Shown here one piece after another: positions 56,335 to 64,000 of a stretch of 64,000 nt of DNA. The stretch lies in the sequence record OR513085.1; one strand, written 5' to 3'. Made by a program: the position numbers and the translations under genes. How positions within the stretch are numbered: position 1 is the first letter of the stretch; every line of letters begins with the position of its first letter. Below the pieces are notes generated by a model. That model ran no database searches. It was not told where the DNA came from and saw nothing but the letters and a program-made list of their open reading frames with translations.

Positions 56335-58374
56335 ATGGAAAATAATTTAGAAAACGACATTTTAAACATTTTAGGAGGTGGCCCGGCTGAACGGATAGAG
56401 CCATCAAAAGACGAATTCATTGAGGCGATTGTAGAATCACATGACCCTACTAGCCCAATTGCTAAAGCTTACGAAAAGCTACCAGGCGGTAACGTAACGT
56501 CTGAAAGTTGCGAAGAAAAGCCTGATGAAATGCTAGAACTTATGTTGGCTGTACTTGACAAGGCTTTGGTAGAAATTCAAGCAGGTAACGACAGATTTTC
56601 AATTGAACGATTCAACGGATATCAGCGAGCTATACTAATGGAAATGTTCAAAAACTATATTGCCAGGAAGCATAGCATCTTAATTGCACCAACTGGTTCA
56701 GGTAAATCGTTAATTGGTTTACTTTTTACTCACGTTATTTCGCAGGTTACGCAAGGACGCTCAACAATCCTAGCTTCCGATACGTTCCTGCAAAATCAAT
56801 ACATTGAGTCTGACAATTTCTTTACAAAGCATGTTAAAGATGCTTCATTTGCCATGCTAAAAGGTAAATCAAACTATCGTTGTGATGCCAATTTTCAACC
56901 TTATACTCAAGGAGTTTGTGAAATGCGTAGAGTTAAGCCTGAAGTTGCTGCAGAAACTATGCCGTGCGCAGCTAATTGCGGCTATGTTCAGTCATACTTA
57001 GGTGCCAAAGAAGCTCAGATTCGTGTATACAATTATCACCTTTGGCTATCTTATGCAAATTTTGTAGGCTCGCATCATGCATTACTTAAAGGCGATGTAG
57101 TCAAAGTATTTGACGAGTGTCACAAAGTTGATGACATTATGGATGGCTTTGCTAACGTAAAGATCGGCTTACAATTTATGAAAGCTTTAGATAACGCTAT
57201 AGCTTCAATAGACTTAATGCTAAACACTATTAGTCAGCCATTCCAAGAGCATATAAAAGATGCAAAAATTCAATATGCTGAAGTTTATCGAATGGTGCTT
57301 ACAGGTAACATTCCAGTTGCAGATATCCAGGCACAGTTTATGAAAGCTATGCAAGTAGTTACTACGTTCTACAATAACAATCATATTATTGAGGAGCTTA
57401 TAATTGAAGTATCTGAGCAATACAGCAAAGAAATTCGTAAAGGTGTTGAACTTCCATTTACAATTTCAGCACTTTTTGAGTATGAAACTTTCGTTACTAA
57501 GTGTTCAATGATGTACTACGATTGTAAAAATATTTCGGCAGACAAATTTGTAGTTAACTATGATGCTGGTGATAATTCATTGACTATAGCAAATATCTCA
57601 ACTGCTGACAGATTCCAAAACTTATTCAAGGACAAGCTTTCATGTCCTATAGTTTTCATGTCTGCTACCGTAGGTAATGCTGAATACTTCATAACTTACA
57701 TGGGCTTAAAGCCGGAAGACGTAGGAATTATTGACGTCGACTCGCTATTTGATTTTAGCAGATCGCCAATCATTGCCACACAACCGTTACTTTCGATGAA
57801 CCCAGCAAACAAAGATGCTAACCTACCAGAATTAGTAAAGTATGTTGTGCAAATTATGAAAGCCCATCATTCACATAATGGAGTTATTCATACAGCAAAC
57901 AAGTCTATTGCGCGATATCTTTGGGATAACTTACCGCCTGAGCAACGCTCACGAATCATAACATATTCAAACGCTGCAGAAAAACGTACCGCAGTCGAAA
58001 CGTTGACTCCTACAAGCAACAAAGTTATCATTGCATATTCAATGGAAGAGGGTGTCGACCTTAAGGATGATCTTTGTAGATTCCAAATAATTACAAAACT
58101 AAGCTGGGCGTATCTAGGCGACTACGTTATTAAACGTAAAGCTGATGTTTATCCTGAATGGTATGTAATGTCAACGTTAAACAAAATTTTGCAAACGTTT
58201 GGTAGAGGTAACCGACATATTGACGACTATTGTATCAATTACGTTACAGACACTTCGTTTACTAGAGTGCTTGGCGGAATGGATAGCGTTACAAAATCCA
58301 GGTTTAAAGACATATTCTACGACAACATAACAGAGGAATTTGTACAAAATACATTCAATCCTCCAGCTATTTAA
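56335..58374 (+). CDS. dinG: DinG/YoaA-family Fe-S SF2 helicase
   Basis: APTGSGKS, 4-Cys cluster (C..VC..PC..NC), FDECH, MSAT, EGVDL, QTFGRGNRH; likely start ATG 56335. Confidence 0.85.
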   Translation: MENNLENDILNILGGGPAERIEPSKDEFIEAIVESHDPTSPIAKAYEKLPGGNVTSESCEEKPDEMLELMLAVLDKALVEIQAGNDRFSIERFNGYQRAILMEMFKNYIARKHSILIAPTGSGKSLIGLLFTHVISQVTQGRSTILASDTFLQNQYIESDNFFTKHVKDASFAMLKGKSNYRCDANFQPYTQGVCEMRRVKPEVAAETMPCAANCGYVQSYLGAKEAQIRVYNYHLWLSYANFVGSHHALLKGDVVKVFDECHKVDDIMDGFANVKIGLQFMKALDNAIASIDLMLNTISQPFQEHIKDAKIQYAEVYRMVLTGNIPVADIQAQFMKAMQVVTTFYNNNHIIEELIIEVSEQYSKEIRKGVELPFTISALFEYETFVTKCSMMYYDCKNISADKFVVNYDAGDNSLTIANISTADRFQNLFKDKLSCPIVFMSATVGNAEYFITYMGLKPEDVGIIDVDSLFDFSRSPIIATQPLLSMNPANKDANLPELVKYVVQIMKAHHSHNGVIHTANKSIARYLWDNLPPEQRSRIITYSNAAEKRTAVETLTPTSNKVIIAYSMEEGVDLKDDLCRFQIITKLSWAYLGDYVIKRKADVYPEWYVMSTLNKILQTFGRGNRHIDDYCINYVTDTSFTRVLGGMDSVTKSRFKDIFYDNITEEFVQNTFNPPAI

Positions 58375-58383
58375 AATTAATAC

Positions 58384-58417
58384 AAATTGCACAAACTTTT
58401 AAAAGTTTGTGCAATTT
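58384..58417. repeat. perfect 34-bp palindrome abutting an early promoter
   Basis: AAATTGCACAAACTTTT/AAAAGTTTGTGCAATTT. Confidence 0.9.
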
Positions 58418-58451
58418 TGTTTTCTAGTGTCGTAAAAAATGATTAAATTTA
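58416..58451 (+). promoter_or_regulatory. phage early-type promoter
   Basis: GTGTC-N12-TAAATTTA. Confidence 0.7.
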
Positions 58452-58473
58452 TATAACAATAAAAATAAAAAAT

Positions 58474-58836
58474 ATGTCAACTAAACACACTCAAACGCTA
58501 GAAGAACTTACACCTTATGGAAAATATGCATACAAATTGTTCCAAGAACTTTGCAGTAAATATCCTAATGCAACTTTCCAGTTTTCACATTTTACTATGG
58601 ACATTCAGGGAACTAAGGACATAGAAGAGTGGGTTAACATTTATAGCGAATTAGAAGACGACGAGGATATGGATGACCGTTATGAATATGAAAAATCAAC
58701 TCATGAATTTTTCAAAAAAGAACGTAACGATTTTAAAGTTGGTAATGTTAAGCATGTTTATGCTTACTTTGGCGGAAAGCAACAAAACACTATACAGAAC
58801 AGTGACGAAGTTATTTTAGCAACTCAAAACATTTAA
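58474..58836 (+). CDS. hypothetical protein, paralogue of 59160
   Basis: shared KHTQTL.ELT.Y...EW..IY...DEVIL. Confidence 0.7.
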   Translation: MSTKHTQTLEELTPYGKYAYKLFQELCSKYPNATFQFSHFTMDIQGTKDIEEWVNIYSELEDDEDMDDRYEYEKSTHEFFKKERNDFKVGNVKHVYAYFGGKQQNTIQNSDEVILATQNI

Positions 58837-58841
58837 ATATC

Positions 58842-59153
58842 ATGGCAAACAGCAAAATTTTCTTGGCGCAATATTCATATGGCGAATATTCAGATCGTAC
58901 GGACAAAGTTGCATTCGCTTCACATGACGAAGCTAAAGTAGATGCTTGGGTAGCTAAGTACAACAGAATACTAGAGTCATATCAGTCACAAATAAACAAA
59001 GCATACCAGGCTTTAGTTAGTTACAGAAACACATTACCATTTGACCAACAGCATAGCTTCTGGAGGGACCCTAAACACCAAGCTGTCGGCATTAAACATT
59101 CCAAAATAATGGAGTTTAACAAGGCTTACAAAGTATCACATAACATAATTTAA
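58842..59153 (+). CDS. hypothetical protein
   Basis: operonic ORF. Confidence 0.65.
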   Translation: MANSKIFLAQYSYGEYSDRTDKVAFASHDEAKVDAWVAKYNRILESYQSQINKAYQALVSYRNTLPFDQQHSFWRDPKHQAVGIKHSKIMEFNKAYKVSHNII

Positions 59154-59159
59154 ACAATC

Positions 59160-59549
59160 ATGGCTAACAACAAAATACATACGCAAACATTAGCAGAACT
59201 TACAACATACTTTGGCTCACGCTACTTCGAGCTTTTCAAGGAAAACATAGTAGCTAAATTTCCTGACACTGAACTTATTTTTACGCACTTTATACGTGAG
59301 TCGGACGGCCAGGAATGGATTGGAATCTACGCAGGATATGACGAATATTCATACGAACCAGGTTACAATTTCATTTACGACAACGCAACTATTGATATGA
59401 TTGGCGAATGCATGGCCGACCCAGAGTTGCGTAAAGACCCTAACTGGCGTATAAAGTACAACATTTACTTTAGCAACGTTAAAAGTTTCTACGATGACGA
59501 AGTAATTTTGTTTCACCAAAATCCTAACACTACAAAACCTTTACTATGA
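59160..59549 (+). CDS. hypothetical protein, paralogue of 58474
   Basis: IHTQTLAELTTY...QEWIGIY...DDEVIL. Confidence 0.7.
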   Translation: MANNKIHTQTLAELTTYFGSRYFELFKENIVAKFPDTELIFTHFIRESDGQEWIGIYAGYDEYSYEPGYNFIYDNATIDMIGECMADPELRKDPNWRIKYNIYFSNVKSFYDDEVILFHQNPNTTKPLL

Positions 59550-59869
59550 AGCAAATACTAATTGTACTAATGTTAGCAATTGCTAACGTAACGTACGCTC
59601 AGCTAACGTTTGGTACTACAAAACAAAGCGGAACAAAATGGTATGTCAATCCTCATGGCGATCCTACAATTCCAGTTAGACAAGACATTAGATTCCGTCC
59701 AGGTCCTAATGGCTCAACGATTCTTAGCGTTAATGTAGGCTCGGCTAACATAGCGTTCCGCAAAGAGTTTGTTATTGGTAAGCAAAAACCAATGACTAAA
59801 GCCGATTCGATTCAAGCTAAAAAAGAGTATGACTACTACATGAAAAATAACATATATGCTCGGCCATAA
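59546..59869 (+). CDS. secreted protein with Sec signal peptide
   Basis: MKQILIVLMLAIANVTYA|Q. Confidence 0.6.
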   Translation: MKQILIVLMLAIANVTYAQLTFGTTKQSGTKWYVNPHGDPTIPVRQDIRFRPGPNGSTILSVNVGSANIAFRKEFVIGKQKPMTKADSIQAKKEYDYYMKNNIYARP

Positions 59870-59889
59870 ATCTCACAAATTTAAATAAT

Positions 59890-60684
59890 ATGCTAGACCT
59901 TAGAGACCCTAACAAAACTATGGAAGATTTTGCTAACGAATTTACTGGCAAAATAGAACGTAGACTAACTGAAACTTCAGCCAACAAAAAGCAAACAAGA
60001 TCGGAATTTCTGCAATTTATTTACGATGTTCTGCATGAGGACTACCAAACATCACAAATGTTTAACGTAGACTCGAAGTCATGTAAGCTTTACTTTTTAG
60101 CGCCAGGTACGCCAGTAATGCTTAGATTCAAAATTAAGCTACAAAAGACCGACAAAACAAGGAAGGTTAGTAATACTCGCCTAGCTTACCTCTATACGTT
60201 CGATAGCATTGAAGTAGCTGAGCCTATAGAACGTTACAAAACTTTACATTCAATTGTAGGATTGTCTGTACAGCAATACAATTTTGATGAGTACGTTAAG
60301 CTACAACATTTAGAAGCTAATGCTTTTGAACGTTACGACTATTGGAAGCTTTACGTTACTAAAGCTATGGAGTGGTCTGCTAACAATGGAAACTACTTAG
60401 GACTTAACACTTATTTCATAAAGCCAAATTCAGACATTTTCCATTGGTCAAGAGCTAATTGTTGTCTAGATGCTTACAAATGGTATGAAGGGTGTTGCAT
60501 TATAGCTAATCGTTTGTACCCTAAGTCTAACCCAGAGGCTATAACATTCGCAAACACTATTTTTGACTTGTTTGAGGAGCATGGTAACTTAAACCATGAT
60601 TTTGAAGCATTTGCTATGCGTTTAGTATCTTACTATAAATTACAAAATCACTTCAAAGAAAATGAACAACGTAATAGACCTTAA
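59890..60684 (+). CDS. hypothetical protein
   Basis: operonic ORF. Confidence 0.7.
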   Translation: MLDLRDPNKTMEDFANEFTGKIERRLTETSANKKQTRSEFLQFIYDVLHEDYQTSQMFNVDSKSCKLYFLAPGTPVMLRFKIKLQKTDKTRKVSNTRLAYLYTFDSIEVAEPIERYKTLHSIVGLSVQQYNFDEYVKLQHLEANAFERYDYWKLYVTKAMEWSANNGNYLGLNTYFIKPNSDIFHWSRANCCLDAYKWYEGCCIIANRLYPKSNPEAITFANTIFDLFEEHGNLNHDFEAFAMRLVSYYKLQNHFKENEQRNRP

Positions 60685-60976
60685 ACGTTTGCACTTTACT
60701 ACGACTACTATTAAAGAACAGAATGGCCATGAGCGTAAAGTTTATGCAATAAAACAAAGTCAGTTGGACGAACTTGGCATTAGGGCTGCTTATGGAAACG
60801 AACCAGACTGTCCAGTATTTACTTTAGTTGATGATGAAGGTAAACGACATATATGTACATCTGCCGGACCTCTTAGCATTCCTGGCACAACTAACGTTTA
60901 CATAGGCCGTAAGTACAATTTTGGTCACTGGTACTATAAGCATAACCTGCACATTATTGACGATAAAAGTTTTTAA
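60662..60976 (+). CDS. hypothetical protein
   Basis: operonic ORF. Confidence 0.6.
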   Translation: MNNVIDLKRLHFTTTTIKEQNGHERKVYAIKQSQLDELGIRAAYGNEPDCPVFTLVDDEGKRHICTSAGPLSIPGTTNVYIGRKYNFGHWYYKHNLHIIDDKSF

Positions 60977-60990
60977 AAAATAAGTACCAA

Positions 60991-61026
60991 AATATTTTCA
61001 CATGCCATTTATTTTTCTTAAATTTA
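60991..61026 (+). promoter_or_regulatory. phage early-type promoter
   Basis: AATATTTTCACATGCC-N12-TAAATTTA. Confidence 0.65.
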
Positions 61027-61051
61027 TACTATCAAATAAAAATAATACAAC

Positions 61052-62971
61052 ATGAACATAACAAAGGCAGAAATTGACCAAATCTTAGCAACATACGGAT
61101 TTACGTATGACATAGAATTGTACGAAGAGGCTGTAGAAGCTTACGAACTTTCAGATCAACCGCTAATGACTGATGGTGACTTTGACAAACTTAAAGCATA
61201 TTTAATTCATAACGGCTCAATAAAATTTGAAGCAGGCGTTGCTGAAGGTACAATTAAAGGTGAAAAAGTTGAATTAGTTTATCCAATGCTAAGCATTCAG
61301 TCAGTTCACCAAAAGGACTTACATTCAGCCGAAATACTTACAGACTTCCTTGGTAAAAAATATGACAACGGCACATCCGATGTTTACGATATTTCTTGGA
61401 AATATGACGGTCTGGCATTACAAGCCGAATATGACAATGATGGAAATCGTTTAAGAATCCTAACAAGAGGTGAACGTACCAAAGGAGTTGACGTTACACA
61501 TAAGATGGCTCATGCATTCCCTGCAAAAGTTCCTAAATATGTTAGATGTCTTATTGGCGAAGCTTTACTTTCCAAAGAAAACTTCAAGGAACATTTTTCC
61601 CACAGATACAAAAACGAACGTAACACAGTTTCAGGCTTACTAAATGCCGATGATGCCGAAAGAGCTGAACTTCGTAGAAAATATGTAGATGTTGCTTTGT
61701 TCAAAATTTATACATGGGATGACAGAATTACTACAATTGCTGATGATAGCATAAACCTTGATGGGGTTTCTGCATTTATAGCTTCACAATTTGAAGTAGA
61801 TTCTGCAGCAGAAGTATACGACCAAATAATGGAATTACAGAAACTACGCGAAGACTTCAAATACCGAACTGATGGTATAGTTATTCGTAATATGTTTGTT
61901 AAGTTAAGTTCAATCAAATCCGGACTATACTTCGCATACACTGCTTACAAATTCCATGCAGAACAAGCTAGGACTACAATCAAAGCCATAGACTTCAGGT
62001 TACGTAATAACGGAGATTTATTCCCAAGGGCTATACTTGAACCTGTTGAACTAGATGGCTCAACAGTTAGGCATGCATCGTTATTCAACTATGGAAATAT
62101 GCTTAAACAAGGACTATTCCCAGGAGCTGAAGTTATTGTCGTAAAATCTGGTGACATTATTCCGGATATCGAAATGGTTTTGGTAAGATCAGAGGAAACT
62201 CAGGGGTTCAAGGACGAATATGAATTGAACGAATGTGTTTATGATGGAGTTAACCTAAAATCCAACAGAGATGTAACTGCAAAAAGATTCACTGCAGGAT
62301 GTAACTGGCTAGGATTCAAAGATGCAGGACATGCAATGTTTGTTAAACTATTCGATGCAGGCTATAACACAACAATGGACCTTTTTAAATTTGACAAAGA
62401 CGCATTCATTGAAAAGTATGGAAACAACAAAACATCCAACAATATTTCAGATCAGATTTTATCCAAGTTTTCCAAAATGAACCTAGCAGCATTGATTGGC
62501 TCTTTAAGATTCCCAGGAATTGGAAACACGATGTCCGGAGTACTTGCAGATGCTATAAAACAATATGCTAATTCAAATATGCTAATGGATAGCAATCTAA
62601 ACGAATTAATTTTAGACAATACTGATGGTATCAATAAATGGGCTAGAACATTTCTTGACTCAGAAGTATTTGAACAATTAATTAAATGCATTATTATTTT
62701 TGATGAACGAATTGATTGGTCTACTGAAGTTAAGCAAGAAGTTTCTGCAGATGCCTTGAAAATTATGATGACTGGTTCACCAAAAAACTTCGGTTACAAA
62801 ACAAAAGATGTATTCATGGCTTACTTAACTGAGAAAGGAATTGATTTTGTAGAGGTTGGCAAAATTGCAGAATGCGATGTTCTTATTGCAGACTCAGTTG
62901 ATGGAAACTCTTCAAAATTGAAGGACGCTAGAAACAAAGGAAAAGAAATCAAAACATATGGCGATTTTTAA
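61052..62971 (+). CDS. ligA: NAD+-dependent DNA ligase
   Basis: D.DFD in domain Ia, WKYDG, GEA, TDGIV, HASLFN, SGDIIP, C-terminal BRCT. Confidence 0.92.
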   Translation: MNITKAEIDQILATYGFTYDIELYEEAVEAYELSDQPLMTDGDFDKLKAYLIHNGSIKFEAGVAEGTIKGEKVELVYPMLSIQSVHQKDLHSAEILTDFLGKKYDNGTSDVYDISWKYDGLALQAEYDNDGNRLRILTRGERTKGVDVTHKMAHAFPAKVPKYVRCLIGEALLSKENFKEHFSHRYKNERNTVSGLLNADDAERAELRRKYVDVALFKIYTWDDRITTIADDSINLDGVSAFIASQFEVDSAAEVYDQIMELQKLREDFKYRTDGIVIRNMFVKLSSIKSGLYFAYTAYKFHAEQARTTIKAIDFRLRNNGDLFPRAILEPVELDGSTVRHASLFNYGNMLKQGLFPGAEVIVVKSGDIIPDIEMVLVRSEETQGFKDEYELNECVYDGVNLKSNRDVTAKRFTAGCNWLGFKDAGHAMFVKLFDAGYNTTMDLFKFDKDAFIEKYGNNKTSNNISDQILSKFSKMNLAALIGSLRFPGIGNTMSGVLADAIKQYANSNMLMDSNLNELILDNTDGINKWARTFLDSEVFEQLIKCIIIFDERIDWSTEVKQEVSADALKIMMTGSPKNFGYKTKDVFMAYLTEKGIDFVEVGKIAECDVLIADSVDGNSSKLKDARNKGKEIKTYGDF

Positions 62972-63039
62972 TCGCAAATTTTGAAACAATATGGCGACTA
63001 TTAGTAGTCGCCATTAAAACAAAATACACATACAAAAAC

Positions 63040-63756
63040 ATGAACACTACACCATTTTACGTAGAGCACAAACGTGCAGCATCCGACTACTTTGAATTGT
63101 TAAGAACTGTGCTTGACGAATTCAAAATTGCAAAAGGCATGGGTAACTTACTAGCCTTGATTAGACTTATTGACTTGGAAAACTTCCTAGCCAATGCAAC
63201 ACCAGAATTTATACGTGATGAAGACTTAGCCAGGCTACTTGACGACTTAGGAATTTCATACGACTTCGTTATATTTGCAAACAATTCTGAATATAAGCCA
63301 AACAATTTGGATAGCATTAGCAAAGATAACGTACTAGAAGCTAATACTATTGAAGCTACTAATGTTACGTTGATACAACATCACAATGTTACATTCAAAT
63401 CTGAAATTTTGGACAAGCGCACATTTAATGATGATGCATTAAAGGATACGATAAGTATAGTTTACAGATTGCCAGAATCTGCAGATATTAGTTCAATTCA
63501 AGACTATCCGCAAATGCTAACAATTAATTATACAGTTGCTTCTGATGATGTAACGCCGGCTGACCATATGGATGTTATGATGCTAACGTTTTACAAAACT
63601 AACGTACACTTAGTTGAGAACTTCCTAGAAATGCCAGGTCAATACATTGGCAACTCTGTATTCTTCGACAGTAATGGTGGCATACATAACTATGCAGTAT
63701 ACTTAGAAACTGAGGTTGAACTTGACGGTGATGCTGAAGAAGTTACAGAGGACTAG
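63040..63756 (+). CDS. acidic hypothetical protein
   Basis: ORF with A/C-rich leader. Confidence 0.7.
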   Translation: MNTTPFYVEHKRAASDYFELLRTVLDEFKIAKGMGNLLALIRLIDLENFLANATPEFIRDEDLARLLDDLGISYDFVIFANNSEYKPNNLDSISKDNVLEANTIEATNVTLIQHHNVTFKSEILDKRTFNDDALKDTISIVYRLPESADISSIQDYPQMLTINYTVASDDVTPADHMDVMMLTFYKTNVHLVENFLEMPGQYIGNSVFFDSNGGIHNYAVYLETEVELDGDAEEVTED

Positions 63757-63782
63757 TAAAAGTTTTTAAAAATAGTTTCCCA

Positions 63783-63818
63783 AATGTTTTCACGTTTGGG
63801 AATTTTTGTTTATATTTA
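63783..63818 (+). promoter_or_regulatory. early-type promoter variant with TTTG upstream element
   Basis: TTTTCACGTTTG-N12-TATATTTA. Confidence 0.6.
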
Positions 63819-63842
63819 CATAACAATAAAAATTTAAAAATA

Positions 63843-64000
63843 ATGAACAAACCAGTATATCCAAAATTTGTAGTACTAAATGATGGCCAAGAGACTATAA
63901 TTGTGGCAGGAATGTGTACGTATCACAGAGAACTGTTTAACGAAAAGCACTTCAATTGCATAGGCGGAGGATGGTTCAAATGGGATCGTCAAGCCGGAAT
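63843..64000 (+). CDS. hypothetical protein, 3'-truncated by window edge
   Basis: MNKPVYPKFVV...CIGGGWF. Confidence 0.55.
   Translation, partial: MNKPVYPKFVVLNDGQETIIVAGMCTYHRELFNEKHFNCIGGGWFKWDRQAG

Noticed and set aside
62991-63014. ATGGCGACTA/TAGTCGCCAT hairpin after ligA as a terminator
   Set aside because: There is no U-tract on the plus strand; function is uncertain, so it was not called
1504-63323. Many short antisense and alternative-frame ORFs in the track (for example 6605-6985, 47959-48438, 54106-54576)
   Set aside because: They overlap well-supported genes, lack leaders and show no recognisable motifs
1-64000. Stop-codon reassignment (TAG or TGA)
   Set aside because: Long conserved genes are intact in code 11 and end at TAA, TAG or TGA with sensible C-termini
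1-64000. tRNA, rRNA or large ncRNA genes
   Set aside because: Intergenic gaps are under about 250 bp and are accounted for by terminators and promoters; no cloverleaf or T-loop was recognised

Overview
This 64-kb window is a densely coding, AT-rich segment of a large T4-like (jumbo-type) tailed dsDNA phage. The host is most likely in Bacteroidota/Flavobacteriia, based on TAnnTTT(G/A) promoters, A-rich leaders without Shine-Dalgarno motifs, and a Flavobacterium-type RNR. It contains a sigma-70-like gene, a baseplate/neck/tail-fibre block, replication and recombination genes (gp32-like SSB, UvsW, RuvC-like resolvase, a fused Mre11-Rad50, a DinG-like helicase, NAD-dependent ligase), dNTP supply genes (thyA, nrdAB) with two free-standing GIY-YIG endonucleases, and many small accessory ORFs. 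The main finding is a dispersed candidate cytosine hypermodification system: a second thymidylate-synthase-fold enzyme with the dCMP-specifying Asp next to a dNMP kinase, two T4 beta-glucosyltransferase-like paralogues, a third GT-B-like protein resembling RB69-type arabinosyltransferases, and a KdsC-type sugar phosphatase with a His/Cys-rich N-terminus. The non-coding DNA shows about 10 copies of a promoter with an invariant 12-nt spacer, a 4-copy covarying hairpin element, long perfect palindromes and a U-rich SSB leader. All protein calls come from motif recognition by eye; no database search was run.
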